From contig OX597820.1 in the NCBI GenBank assembly GCA_951406725.2, forward strand, positions 107,074,001 through 107,138,000: a stretch of 64,000 nt of DNA. Direction: 5' to 3'. Below the pieces are notes generated by a model. The model had not been told where the DNA came from. It searched no databases and saw nothing but the letters and a program-made list of their open reading frames with translations. The DNA is from Octopus vulgaris. Its lineage: Eukaryota. Shown in pieces: positions 14,822-28,497 of the stretch. The stretch's first letter is position 1. Every line of letters starts with the position of its first letter. Both the position numbers and the translations under genes were made by a program.

Positions 14822-14967
14822 CTGAAGCCAATCAATGAACTAGGATATTGATAAACAACCCTAACTCTTAAACTCTCCCTAAGTTTTATCTTTCTTGTAC
14901 ACACACAATGTCTTCTCAAGCAATAAACAAATATATACCTTGATACAACACCACTGGTACCTGCTCT
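14822..14967 (-). other. Candidate internal exon (probably non-coding)
   Basis: Minus-strand acceptor ttccattttaccttgctgcag and donor cag|gtaggt bracket 146 nt of non-repeat sequence. Confidence 0.3.
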
Positions 14968-15587
14968 CTGCAGCAAGGTAAAATGGAACTGTAAATGTTC
15001 TGCAGTAGATGTGAACCCCTGATTCATGAGCTAGTAGTCAAATGAGTTACCTACTGAGCTATTTTAACTGTAAATGTATGCTTGGATGTGTATATGCTAT
15101 TCTGATCTATAAAAATATATCGATCTACAAAGTGTGTTTAATATAAACTTGTGGCAAGTTGGCAGAATTATTAGAGTGGTTCTTAGTTTTAGTCCATTAT
15201 TTTCCATGTTCAAATTTTGATGAGATCAATTTGGTTTCCATCCTTCCATGGTCACTAAAATAAAGTCCCAGACAAGTAATGGGATCGCTTTAACTGACAT
15301 TCCCTATCACCAAATATTGGACCTTATACCTATGTCAGAAATTGATTTAAGCTAGTTCAATTTCAGTAAAAGTAACTGGAGACAAATTTTTAAAATAATT
15401 AACAATTAATTTTTTTGTAGATTAATTACCAATTATAATTACAATATTTGGTATCTTGTATTTAAGCACAAATACATATGATCTAATCAATATTTAAGCA
15501 ATCTGACACAACTAGTTCTAACCTGAGCCATTATTAGCTACTTTCCCACCTGCCTAAGTTCTATTTCATGAAGTACAAATTGCATGT

Positions 15588-15948
15588 TTAATCCTTTTGT
15601 TATAATTATTTTTTAGAATAATAAAGAATTTAGTAAAATAAATTTATTGTGATTTATGTGGTGTTTGAAACATAAATTAACATGAAATTTTGATGGACGG
15701 TTTTTAGATCACTTTAATCCTTTAGTTACCATATTTCTGTTGAAATACACTGCTTTTGTTTGAATTAATCTTAAAAATAATGAAAATAGTAAATAATTTA
15801 GTAAAATAATTTTGTCGTTATTAAGATAGAGTTTGGAACAGATTAACATGGAATATTGAGGGAAAGTTTTAATTTAGATGACTTTAAAACAGTAAGTTAC
15901 ATCATAGAACCAAGGGTGGTCTCAGGCTGTTGGTATCAAAAGGGTTAA
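15588..15948 (-). mobile_element. TTAA-bounded MITE family C with a duplicated right part
   Basis: ttaacccttttgatacc left end on the minus strand; two right ends (aaaaggattaa); homologous to 32152-32665 and 6780-6960. Confidence 0.6.
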
Positions 15949-16251
15949 GCACTGAATGAATGTACCACAATGAAGGTGGGTAAGCCATTGCTAGAAATAT
16001 TCATTATAAACTGATCCAAACTGATATCTCCCATATCTTCATATCTGGATCTGTTATTTTTAAGCCAGAATTATGCTATTAGATCGGGATTATTCATTTA
16101 CTAATTTCACTGAGAAAAAAGACAACAAACATTAAAAAAAAATCACCAATTAATGTTTCTTATGAAAAAAATCCATTATATTTCTATCAAATGTTAATTT
16201 TTTCCCCTTTCATAGTCCTAACAGCTTATATATATATATATATATATATAA

Positions 16252-16306
16252 ATGGCGGTGCCCCAGCATGGCCACAGCTCAATGAGCTGAAACTAAAATC
16301 AATCAA
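16252..16306 (+). mobile_element. Extreme 3' end of a CR1-group LINE or partner SINE
   Basis: ggcggtgccccagcatggccacagctcaatgagctgaaac followed by (aatc)n; same motif as the LINE end at ~53001-53040. Confidence 0.7.
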
Positions 16307-17200
16307 TATATATATATATATATATGTGTGTGTGTAAGGGCAACATTTACCTCTGCACTAAAGTTTATTAGCATAAAACATTAAATTTAGGCTAATAAAG
16401 TCATGGCTCACAAAAAAATGTGTAATAGTATAGTTATAAGTTTGTATATTTATGCTGCATGTGTGTGTGAGTGTTTGTGTGTGCAGGAGTGATTGTGTTG
16501 ACAAGGTGATTGATCGAAGCAATAGAGTCATAAGAATATTATATATTACTGAAAATCTTGTGCCAAAAAAAATTTCAGTTTTTATAGCAAGGTTTATTTT
16601 TAAAACATTGTATCATGGTGTTTATATTTTAAAATCAAGTTCATGTTACCATCACTGAGTGATGTTAAGTAAAGTGTACAACAAATGTAGATATGAAAAA
16701 TTTTCCAGAAAATTTTATATATTATATCTATCAGTTGTAGCAAAACAAAAGGTTAACTTGTATAAATGATAAACTAATTTAACATCTCGGAAAGAAAAAA
16801 AAACAAAAATAAACAAACAAGACAGGTAGACAGATACAGGTATACAAAGATAAACAAAGCCATGTAAAGAAGCAAAAATAAAGGCGGTATGCTTGAAATA
16901 AATATAAAATGAACAAATACAAAATATTACTATTATTATTGTTTTCAATTAGATTGAAATAAAATTAGTAAGGCTTAACGAAGTTTCTTCTTACCATCTG
17001 CACAATGTTATACTAGTACATACATACACACACCTGTGCTAATCCAACTTAACAGTGAATATGGACAGGTACACACACACATACACACGCAAAGATATAT
17101 GACAAGAGAACTTAAGAGTGAGTGAGTGAATAAGAAACATAATAAATGAATAAGCTAAGTTTTCTTGGAAGTTAAGTCACGTGACTGCAACAGGTTGGAA

Positions 17201-17249
<49 letters not shown>

Positions 17250-17425
17250 ATAGATATAAACACACATACTATGTTGAAATTAAGAAATTACTAGCAGATA
17301 AGAACTTCAGTGGACTTAATATTTTCAATAATTACAGCATTGTTTTCTTTTTCTTGCCTTCAATATAAAAGTAACCCTGAAGTTAGTGCACAACCTAACT
17401 CCAGCTGTATCAAATTAACACTTAC

Positions 17426-18000
17426 CTTATTTGTCCCAGATATATGTGTGTGTGTTTACTTATGTTTGTTGTTTTTTTTTTCACTTCATTTTCAAACTCT
17501 AAAACTTATTATCATTATCATTATTATTTCTTTCAGGTTGGCCTAACCATTAGGTCTTTATTGCTAAACCTCCTCCACTTTTTCCTTTATTTACTGTTTC
17601 TTTTTATTTTTTGTCTTATCTTTTAGTGGATTAATTAATCCTACAGAAATTGTTGTTTAACAACTCCACCAAACTATGGTAACCAGATGACCCTGTCTGA
17701 GACTGAAGAAGAAACTTGAAGTGCTGCTGCTGCTGCTGCTTTTCAGGTTCCTGGCCCAATGAGCTTTAAACTGCTGCCACTGATAAAACTACTACTACTA
17801 CAGCCGCACTGATAAAACTACTACTACTACTACTACCACCACCACAATTACTACTACTACTACCACCACCACAATTACTACCACTACTACTACTGTTACT
17901 ATAACTACTACTATAGCTACAGTGAGTGAGCTGCTGTCATGTGGTCTCATGTATTCACACTCTCTCACTTTCCCTATCTTTATTCTCTCTACCACCACAC
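17426..18000 (-). other. Candidate 5' UTR/first exon of a minus-strand gene (5' boundary unknown)
   Basis: Consensus donor AAG|GTAAGT at 17426/17425; upstream sequence lacks recognisable TEs and has (CAG)n and (AGT)n tracts. Confidence 0.35.
17789..17915. repeat. (ACT)n/(ACC)n compound trinucleotide repeat
   Basis: Directly visible; includes two copies of cactgataaaactactact. Confidence 0.9.
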
Positions 18001-19279
18001 ACTACCTAACTATAGACATTCACAGAGATAGATAGTGAAGCAGAAGCAGCAGTAGTGGTAGAACATAAAATAAAATAGGTAAATAAATAAAAAAAGATTT
18101 ATGCAAACACTCCCCTACCAAAGCCAACAGACCCACCCACCACAACAAGAACAACTAGGTACTAACTACTAAGAGTTTCTCAAGTAGGTCAAATACATCT
18201 TTACAATATCACAGGGAGGGTGGTGGCGGTGGTGGTGGTGAAGCCTGCCCACTAGAATATTACAACTGATGAACAAACTATCACTTCACTGGTCTCTTTT
18301 ACTACCCAGAACTGAATTTGCCAATCAGTGTAACTCCATCCCCCCCCATCACCCCCCCCCCACACACACACAGATAGCTAGGTCAGAAACTACTATTGCT
18401 ACAGGTACTATCACCATTACTTACTAGTGCTGTTACTACAGTGTATCTATTCAACAACTGGTGGATGTAGTACTGTGGTACCCAGAAGTAGAATAGTAGA
18501 AACTTTTGATAACCCTATATCTATAGGTGTGTGCATATGTACACATACAGGTGAGTGTGTGTGTGTGTGAGCGGGGAGAGAGCAAGAGAAAGAAAGAGAG
18601 TATTTATACTTGTGTGCGAGAGAGAAAATTCATATATGTGTATGTATTGTGCATTATAGCACTGATCTGATAAGTTTGTCTTCCTTCTGCAACATGACCA
18701 TCTGAAAGCAAACAGCTACATAATGAATATACATTTATTCAATAATAATGGTTTTGACAGGTTACACATGGCTGACATTTGCAGGGTAATGTCATGGTTG
18801 ATTGACTGAATGCCTAGTATATATCAACTGACACTTATTTTTCTTGTTCTTTCTACAGAAGAAATGGAAGTTTAAAACATGCACTGGAAGGATTTGAACT
18901 TAAAATATACAAGGACAAAACTAATGCACTTAGATTAGTACTCTACTTATTATCATCATTTTTTTGTCTGCTTTTCCATAAACCTCTTTGGTGATCCCCA
19001 GAAGCATGAAAGGCAAAGTTAACTAACAGGATTTGAACAATTAATGCTGTTTTTGTCATCCAACCAACCCTAATAAAAATGAATAATTTCTTACCCAGAA
19101 TGGAACAAGTAGCATCAATTCCATCAACTTCTGTCCCTTATGTTATGAAAAACTCGAAGAACAAAATAAAGTTGACTCCAACAAGATTTGAACACAAAAC
19201 TAAAATGTGGAACTGAACACTGACAGGTATTTAATTCAGTGCCTGTGCCATTTCCATCAATATAAATAATGATAATAAT

Positions 19280-19845
19280 AATTTTTTCTAATTTTGAGGA
19301 GAGGGGCAAGTCAGTTACATTAATTGGTACTTATTTTATCAATCCTCAAATGATGAAAGGTAAAGTTGACCTCCGTGGAATTTGAACTGAGGACATAAAG
19401 AACAGGAAGAAATACCACCAGGCATTTTGTCTGGCACACTAACAACTCTGCCAGCTTGTTGCCTTATTAATAGTAATAATAATGGTTTGTAATACAAAGG
19501 GACAAAGTTGGAAGAGAAGGGAACAATTGGCATAGATGACCCTATAGATGACCACAATAAGATTTGAATTCAGAGCATAATGAAAGGGGGAGTAAAAACT
19601 GTAAGGCATTATTATATCCTGTGCTGTACTGATTCTTCTCATCAACAGACATAAGAATAATAATTCTTCCTAATTTTGGTAAAAAGCCAGTAAATTCGAG
19701 GGCAGGAGGCAAGTTGATTACATTCACCCCAGTACTTGACTGGTACTTTATTTTTTTTACTCCCCCTTCCCCCAAAAAAGGAAGAAAGGCAAAGTCAACC
19801 TTGATGATATATGACCTCAGAATGTAAGGAGCTGAAACAATTCCT
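19280..19845 (-). mobile_element. Cluster of decayed SINE family B copies
   Basis: Repeated ggtacttattttat..gaaaggcaaagt..gaatttgaact cores. Confidence 0.6.
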
Positions 19846-21549
19846 GCTAAAGGAAGTGATTTACACTATGGACTTGGCTCAATATGAAACAGCAGCAGTT
19901 CAACAAAAGCTCACAAGTCAGTAATACATAGACTGAACAATAGTGTACATATTAGTTTAATCATCCTATGTACATTTCAAACAGGTCCAGCTACTGGCAC
20001 TTATGTACTTGAAGAGCTTGTCCTAAAAAAAGTAATATCCCCACTGTAGCTGCCCTGTGCAACAATAAATAAAAGTGGTTTTACTGCCAAGGTGAAACAA
20101 AGAAATAGTACGAAGGAACAAAACAAAAATAATTTGATATAACCCTCCTTATAGTTTAAATGTAAGCATTAAATCTAGTAAGAACATTCTCAACACTAAT
20201 CAGTATGCTTTTCCAACTTCGAATAAATATCATAAAATCTTCAATAGAAATTCTATTACGGATAGTTGTAACTCTTTAGGAATAAAGGATAACAATTCTC
20301 TAATCACAAACTAAAATCCATAAACACTACAAAAACAACCTGGCATTGCTATCTGGGCACAAAATTCCTATTGAATAAAATAACATATAGATCACACACC
20401 AAATCAGTTGATGGTGCCGTAAAATGTAGACTGGGTTAACTGCAAACACTTTTAAAACAAGATTCACATAACACACACATTAATTTAGGTTTGGAATTAT
20501 GGACAAGTGCAACATAATTTTCAAAACACATTTTGTTTCTAGAAGACAGAAGAGAAAGCAATCTTACAATAATAAAATGGAATATTGTGGTAAAGGAAAA
20601 GAAATGCAATACTACTTATATGCAAAAACGAACCCCGCCCTGTTCTCAATATCCCAAATATGAGAGAAAAAGTTGTCTTTTTCTTGACTTCAGGTTAAAA
20701 TTTATATTGCAAATTTTCAAATGTATACCTGTGTTAATGGTTGTAAAATGCAAACTGGTTGAATCTACACCTGACATTTAGGACAATGAGAATTTCAATA
20801 CTCAAAATTAAAGCAGAAAATTTGTACCTAAACTTTGGTTGAAAATATGAATAATTGTCAAGAAAAGAGTTGACTCCCTTTCATATGAATATTTTCTAAT
20901 GCTACCCAAATCATAAATTCACATGCATTTGTGAATGACACAAGTGAAAAATGTTAAGCAAAGATAGTAGTGTCAGTGGTATATTAGAATTCTTTCGCAG
21001 TATTTTTTTTTTTTGCAACTCCCCACATTCAGGAATTATCAAATACTGATTTCCAGAACAAGATACAGAGAAATAAATAAAATTATACTCCACATTTGTA
21101 CAATATTTACTTTTACTCATGTTCAAAGAGCTTGATGTAGTCTTCTATCTCGCCAGATCATGTTGAACAACCCAACTGAAGCCAGCATGGAAGATGAACA
21201 CTAAATGGTGCTGCAATTATAATCACTCACACACACACACACTATATACACATGCATACATACATATATGTACACACACATGCGCATATGTACAAACATA
21301 TACATAATCCGAAAAAGAAGATAAAGAAAGATTTTACTACATCTTTTGGGATTATAGTTTACTCTTTGCTAAACCCACACAATAGTTTTACTGTTGTGGC
21401 ACTTGGATTTTCTACACCTGAAGAATTTCTATCTTACTTAAGACTATAATTCAACAGTGTAGATAACTTAAAGCTTGGGTTGAGTGCTGCATTGGCAACA
21501 CCTTATCTTTCTACCTTCCTAGGAACTTATACATACAGACATACATACA

Positions 21550-24500
21550 CATAAACACATAAATGCAAGTTGTCTGTTTGTGTCAAGTTACCATCAATAC
21601 CCGTTAACAAATTTTCATGAAACTTTGCAAACCTGTTCAAGTAACATCCAGTTTGTTACTTGGCTCATTGAAGTTTAATAAAAATCTACAATTTGATGGC
21701 TAGGGTGCCTAGAAGGGTCCACATATATAATCAATATATTTTCCTTTAAAAGCCAAAAACCTATTCATTTTTCTTTGATCACCCTAAACACTACCAAGCT
21801 CAAAGTTAATGGCCAATGGATGGAAATTGACAATAGGTGGATTGCATCCGACAACCCATTGCTGTCTAAAACATTGCAGGCCCATGTTAACAATATAAAA
21901 ATTATTAAATATGTATGTAAATACATCAATAAGGGCTTAGATATATGGCGGTTTTTGGACTTGAACAGGAGGGCAGGCAGGCAGATGAAATCCAGCAATA
22001 TAAGTTGGTCAGGTATATTTCCTCTAATGAGGGCTTTGAAATCCACAAGTGGCATCCAACAGTGGTATCTGTACATCTTGAAAATGGCCAGCATGTATAT
22101 TTCACAGAAGACAATGTGCAAAACGTAGTTCTGAATCCACGAGAAACCACTTTTGACAGCTTTCTTGAAATTATGCCAATGTGAATCTGTTTGCCTGAAC
22201 ACAATAGTATGTTGAGTATGTGTACTGTGTCTGGGCACATAGTAGATGGAACAGACGCAAGCAAGGAGCACGCATTGAGGTCTGGGAAGAATATGCTGTC
22301 TTCAAAAGTGGGGCCATCGGGCAGGTGTGTACTGTGCACCCTAATCAGCAGGAGTGCTTCTTTCTGTGTCTACTGCTGCACACTCTCAGACATTTGAAGA
22401 TACAATGGGGAAGTCTGCACAACCTACAGAGGAGCCTGAGCCAAACATGGGCTACTGAAGGATGATGCTCACTGGGACCAGACGTTGGATGAGGCAGCAA
22501 TCAGCAGGACACCAAGTCAACTGCACCAGCTATTTTCTATCATGTTCAAGATATGTGGCTTGGGTGAACCTCTTGAGCTTTTGGCCACCCAGAAAAACCA
22601 GCATGACAGAGGACATCCTACAAAGGATTTAAAGGCATACCACAGCGGAAATTACCACATTCACTAACGCCATTTACAATAAGGCATTACTCAATCTGGA
22701 CACCTGAGTGCAAGCTATGGGAGGTCAAGGCATTGCCACATTTGGTCTACCTCAACAGGAGCAGACAGCAAACAATCTCGCGAGAAATCAGCTATGACAT
22801 CATGGAAATGACGACATATATAGCTGATAACAAACTCAAACTGATTTAAGACCAATTGGGTGTTTATAAGACCATTATTTTGAGCACTGAAAGTGAAAGA
22901 GGAGGTCTTTTCTTTCTGGATGTTCCAGGTGGAACTGGCGAAACATTTTTCATCAACCTTCTTCTGGCTACACTGTGCCATATGAAACACATTGCCATAG
23001 CAGTGGCGTCAAGTGGAATATCTACAACACTGCAAAGTGGTGGCCACACAGCACATTCCTGTTTCAAATTCCCTTTGGACCTGTTCAAGAAAGAGACAGC
23101 AAACTACAACATCAATTGTGGTTTTCTAAAAGGCAAACTTCTGGATGAATGCAGGCTGATCATCTGGGATGAGGTGAAAATGAGCCATAAAGTTTCCTTT
23201 GAAGCTCTTGACATGGCCCTTCAGGATCTGAGACACAACACCAGGCTCATAGGAGGTGCCACAGTCATGCTGGCAGGAGACTTTAGACAAACCCTTCCCA
23301 CGGTTCCAAAGGGGACAACAGCTGATGAGGTAAATACCAGCATAAAGTTGTCCTACCTATGGAGCAGCATGCAAAAGCTGAGACTCACAACCAACATGAG
23401 ACTGCAGATCAGTGGTGATGATGCAGACAGAACCTTTTCAAAGCAACTGTTGGATGTTGGTAATGGCACTTCGGTTGGCAAGAAGGATGGCTGGGTATGC
23501 TTGCTTTTTGGACAGGTGGTATCTGAATAAGGTATTTCCTAACCTGAGGAATTAGTTTACAGACCACAACTGGCTGAAAACCCATGCCATTTTAGCTCCA
23601 AAGAATGTGGCAGTTAATGATTTGAACATTAAACTTCTGGAACAGTTACCAGGTGAGCATCACATCTACAATTCCATTGACACTGTACTCAACATCAATG
23701 AAGCTGTGAATTATCCAGCTGAGTATTTGAATAGTCTAACGCCACCCAGCCTCCCACCTCACAACTTGCACCTCAAGATTGGGGCAACAGTATTGCTGCT
23801 TCGAAACCTCAATCCACCAAAGCTTTGCAATGGCACACAACATAATAAAGAAGATGATGATAACAGTCTTGGGGACAACAGTTTTGACTGGTAAAGCATG
23901 TAGTGAGCCTGTAATCATTCCTAGAATTCCACTTATTCCCTGAGATATGCCTTTCAATTACAAGCACCTGAATTCCCATTGAAACTGAGCTTTGCAATGA
24001 GCATTAACAAGGCCCAGGGGCAGTCCTTGGACAAGTAGGTCTGAACCAGTTTTCTCCCATGGCCAACTTTATGTGGGATGCTCAAGAGTCGGCAATCCTA
24101 ATCATTTGTTTTTTTATACCCCACAATGAAAGACCAAAAATGTTGTTTATCAAGAATCTCTGCAAACTTAATAAGATTCACCAGATCATCAGGTATTTAT
24201 TATTTAACTCTAATATTTCTAAGTGTTTTAAATGTATTGATAATCTACATGTTATTTTATTTATAATTTACATGCAAATTTATTTGTATGTCTACCATAA
24301 AACTAAATGTCAGTCTGTTTCTACATTCATTGTAAATCTATTTCAATACAAGTGCCCCTGTATTCTCTGGGAACACTCAAAAGCCCTTTTCAGAGTTATT
24401 TACTTTGAATTGCTATCATCTCATATCCGATTAGCCTGTTACCACATAACAGGCTTCATGATTTTGGCATACATACATACCTTATTGATATTTCTTCCTA

Positions 24501-24807
24501 AGTTCTGTATACTCTGGGAACGCATTAAAGCCCTTTCCCGGGGCTACTTTATCTCAATTCTTACTATCAGGTAACTAATTTCATGTTATTACATAACTGA
24601 CTTCACAATTTAGGTATTCATAACTTATTGGGATTTCCTAAAAGGAAGATCCTATGTAAGTTAGTTGGTAATTCTCTGTAAAAACACAAAAACCATTTTA
24701 AGGGCTACATACTTTGTATTGTTGTTACTGGATTAGCGAAAAAATTATGAGAATGGAACCAAGGGATAAGCCCCACTTTTCCAGGAATTACTGGGTGTGT
24801 CAGCTAG
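21550..24807 (+). mobile_element. Decayed autonomous Helitron (Rep/PIF1-helicase pseudogene)
   Basis: Rep motifs DNRWIA.DNPLL and IKYVCKYINKG; helicase motifs GGTG(E)T, IIWDE, AGDFRQTLP, LLRNLNPPKLCNGT, INKAQGQS, SHGQLYV; 3' hairpin ccag..ctgg then CTAG|T at 24804-24808. The 5' end is approximate. Confidence 0.9.
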
Positions 24808-24836
24808 TATATAAGATGGATGGATGGATGGATGGA

Positions 24837-24870
<34 letters not shown>

Positions 24871-25677
24871 CACATATATACATACAACACACATACACAT
24901 GTTTATATAAATACACACATACATATATACATACACACCACATATTCATATAAATACACACACACATATATATATATATAGATGTATACATATGCGCACA
25001 CACACACATATATACACATGTATATAAACACAGACATATATATACACGCGCTGAGAAAAGTTAACTGATATGGAGGAGTGAAAGTCATCTGAATATTGGA
25101 AAAGAGTTACCTATATGATGACGATATATGCTGGGTATAACAGTACCAACATCATAACTGCAGCTCAATTGGAGAGATTGACAGGCCCAAAGACTGCATC
25201 ATGCTTCAATGTATGTATGGTTTCTACAGCTAGATGCTTTACCTAACACCAACCACTTTACAACATGTAGTGGGTACTTTTTTCTTTTTTTTCTTTTTGT
25301 CACTCTAGCACTAATAAGGTCACTATGTAGCCATTTCAGAATAAATTTTTTCTTACTGCCCCAGTTAGGAAAGTGAACCTATAATCAGAAGTTATTAGCT
25401 CCAGTATACTGAATCTAAAACTAGATTTCAGTCCCAGCTACAGCATCCTTAACCCTTTCTATTTATTGACATTCTGTAACATTGGTTATTAACAAACAAT
25501 CCATGTGTTGCAGAATTTTTGAAACACGTTTTATTTTTTTTTTTTTTTTAAATCCTTTGAAAAATGGTCTCTAATCAATCTTTGAGCAACAACTTATTCA
25601 ATGATATACTCAACAAATTATGGCAGATAAATGCTTTAGAGATTATAACCTCACTAATATATAAAATACATATACCA

Positions 25678-26572
25678 TCGCAAGAGCGACACTTGCGATG
25701 GTATGGTCATGTACTGCGGATGGATGAGGAGAGATGTGTGAAGAAGTGCCACTCCCAAACAGTTGAAGGTATCAGGGGGAGAGGTAGACCCAGGAAGACA
25801 TGGGATGAGGTAGTCAGGCATAACCTCAGAGCGTTGGGCCTCACTGAGGCAATGGCGAAGGACCGAGATCTCTGGAGATATGCTGTGACTGCAAAGACCC
25901 GGGCTGCTTCCTGCGCCAGTTCCGCATAGCCCCTGCCCATTCAAAGTACCCTGGATTCCAGAATATCCCGCTGTGCTTGAGGAGACCTGTTGAGTCAAGA
26001 ACATGAACATCGAAATATTCATCAATGGAAATAGTAGTTGTGATACCTGTGCCGGTGGCACATAAAAAGCACCATCCGAACGTGGCCGTTGCCAGCGCCG
26101 CCTCGACTGGCTTCTGTGCCGGTAGCACATAAAAAGCACCATCCGAACGTGGCCGATGCCAGCACCGCCCCGAGTGGCTTCTGTGCCGGTGGCACATAAA
26201 AAGCACCGTCTGAACGATGCCGATGCCAGCGCTGCCTCGACTGGCTCCAGTGCCGGTGGCACATAAAAAGCACCATCCGAACGTGGCCTTTTCCAGCGCA
26301 CCTTGGCTGGCTTCCGTGCTGGTGGCACATTAAAAGCTCCAACCGATCGTGGCCGGTGCTGGACCCCCCCCCCCGGCACCTGTGCAGGTGGCACGTAAAA
26401 AGCACCCACTACACTCACGGAGTGGTTGGCGTTAGGAAGGGCATCCAGCTGTAGAAACTCTGCCAGATCAGACTGGAGCCTGGTGCAGCCCCTGGCTTCC
26501 CAGACCCCGGTCGAACCGTCCAACCCATGCTAGCGCAGAAAACGGACGTTAAACGATGATGATGATGATGAT
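25678..26572 (+). mobile_element. 5'-truncated RTE LINE (C-terminus plus 3' UTR repeat array)
   Basis: LRWYGHVLRM..GRGRPRKTW motif; six ~67-bp units; ends ggacgttaaacgatgatgat. Confidence 0.92.
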
Positions 26573-26639
26573 GTATATATGATGAATTCTCTTGTTGTGA
26601 ATGGCAAATGAGGGTTCAATAAAATAAAGTGTTAATCAT

Positions 26640-26900
26640 GTTCTATTGACATGAATGTGTCCCTTGAGGCCTGCTGGTGCCTTGCAAACCTTTTGGCAAA
26701 TGAAACAAGTTGAGGACTCAGTTTGCTCGAGTGCTTGTGGACCATTTACTATGTGTTTTCTTGACTGGATAGCAAGGCCTGCTTTACCTGGTGCCAAAAA
26801 ACCACAATGGCATTATCTATATTTATATATTTCTTCTGTTCACACGGACTGACTTCAATCCATTCAATTTTTCATCAAGTGACATGGATGAAATTTTACC
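26640..26900 (-). mobile_element. Decayed fragment encoding two C2H2-like fingers, likely a LINE (RTE-type) C-terminus
   Basis: Minus frame reads CHCGFLAPGKAGLAIQSRKH ... CFICQKVCKAPAGLKGHIH, preceded by a stop; resembles C-terminal fingers of RTE/BovB-type ORFs. Confidence 0.45.
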
Positions 26901-27490
26901 TGAAGAATAGTCAGACCAAACTTTTTATGAACATTGCTGATCCAAAAGCAGCTTTAGCACTTGATGTAAAGTGATATGACATGCATGTACACATTGGGTG
27001 TAAAATAGTATTAACCAAATAAATATTTGGATGTGGTTATCTAACGTAACCTATTGCAGAATGCACTCCATACTACTCGAACATAAGTATGATATTAAAT
27101 CAACACACATTGCACTAACACAGTAACTTCACCTTCTTGAGAATTAAACTGCCATAACATAAAGAATATGTCACCCCCAAAAATTGATTTATATGCAGAA
27201 CAACCTTGTTCCTACATGTGTTGAAATTCATGTACACCTGGGTATATTACTTGTGATTGGAGTAACTCAGCATTCTTGTAAATTTCATAATGAACAAACT
27301 GCAAAACTGATCAACTGAGAAGGATAATACTGATTAAAAAGTTCAATAAATTAAAACATTTGGAATGATTTTTAAAAATATGCTTTATAGTAGGAAGCAT
27401 TTTTCTAATATATTAATTAATTGATCAATTAATTGCAAAATAAGAGTGGTATTGATCTTATCAGAGGTGGGATCTAAACTTAGGACATTT

Positions 27491-28063
27491 AGGCACAGGC
27501 ATGGCTGCATGGTTAAAAATATTGGTTCCTAACCATAAGATTCTGGATTCAGTCTCACTGCCATAGAACTTTAGGCAAGCGTCTTCTGCTAAAACCCAAG
27601 TCAAACAAAGCCTTGTGAGTAGATTTCATAGACAGAAACTGAAAGAAGCCTACTGTGTATACGTATGTATAAGTATGTGTGTGTGTGTGTGTGCGCGCGC
27701 GCGGGTGTGTGTGTGTGTGTGTGAGTGCGCGCGCGCGGGTGTGTGTTTGTGTGTGGAGTGTGTGTGTGTGTGTGGAGTGTGTGTGTGGAGTGTGTGTGTG
27801 TGTGTGTGTGCATGCATATGTGCCTGCATGTATCTATGTTTGTCTCTCTTGGTTTTGACATCAGGTGGTGGTTGTAAATAAATGGCACATCATACAAGCC
27901 AGTGTCATTTGTTTCAAACTGAAAAATATTTCCATGTTTGATCACAAGGAAATATTAGCTTGGTTGGAAATAAGTGAAAATTGGTGACAGGAAGGGCATC
28001 CGGCCACAGAAAATCTGCCTCAACAAAGTCCAGCATGAAAAAAGTGGACGATAATAATGATGA
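27491..28063 (+). mobile_element. tRNA-derived SINE with RTE-type tail and internal (GT)n
   Basis: aggcacaggcatggctgcatggtt head, ggattcagtctc B-box, shared body, tail ggtgacaggaagggcatccggcc..gtggacgataataatgatga. Confidence 0.75.
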
Positions 28064-28497
28064 AAGATAATGAACATTAGCAATCAGTAAGCAAGGGCTC
28101 AAATTTTAAAAGCAGCATTCTCTCAAAGAGCTGGTATCCTCTTTGTATAGAAGTTAAATATTATCTAGCAAAATATGTTAAAATACTAGGCTCCAACTAA
28201 TACAACTGGAGGTCAGACTACACAGGAAACAGCTGTACCTCTATGAAGTAGGATATATCATGTAGCAAACAAAACTTGTTTTTTCCCCCCCTATTAATAC
28301 ATTTGTCATTTCACTATCTTTCACTTGCAAGGGCTTATTATACTTATGAAAAAAACACTGAGAAACTGAGAAGAAAAGGAAAAACCAAAAAAAGGAAAAA
28401 AAAAGAAAGCAAAAACCTGTTTTCCTCCCAATAAATTTACAAAAGTTTGGGGAAGATCAGAAAAAATAGTCATGGCTTTGTGGTTAAAAAGTTCACT

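Noticed and set aside
17798-17998. Poly-Val ORF
   Set aside because: Translation of the (AGT)n microsatellite.
22856-23894. Host PIF1 helicase gene
   Set aside because: Walker A Lys is replaced by Glu, there are stops and frameshifts, and upstream Rep motifs plus a CTAG end indicate a dead Helitron.
26048-26406. CRISPR-like appearance of the regularly spaced palindromic repeats
   Set aside because: The intervening sequences are homologous to each other, the array is part of a LINE 3' UTR present in several copies, the context is eukaryotic, and there are no cas genes.
25654-26523. 289-aa ORF and similar ORFs at 37855-38587 and 42891-43818
   Set aside because: They are antisense or alternative frames of GC-rich RTE 3' UTR repeats that lack stops by chance.
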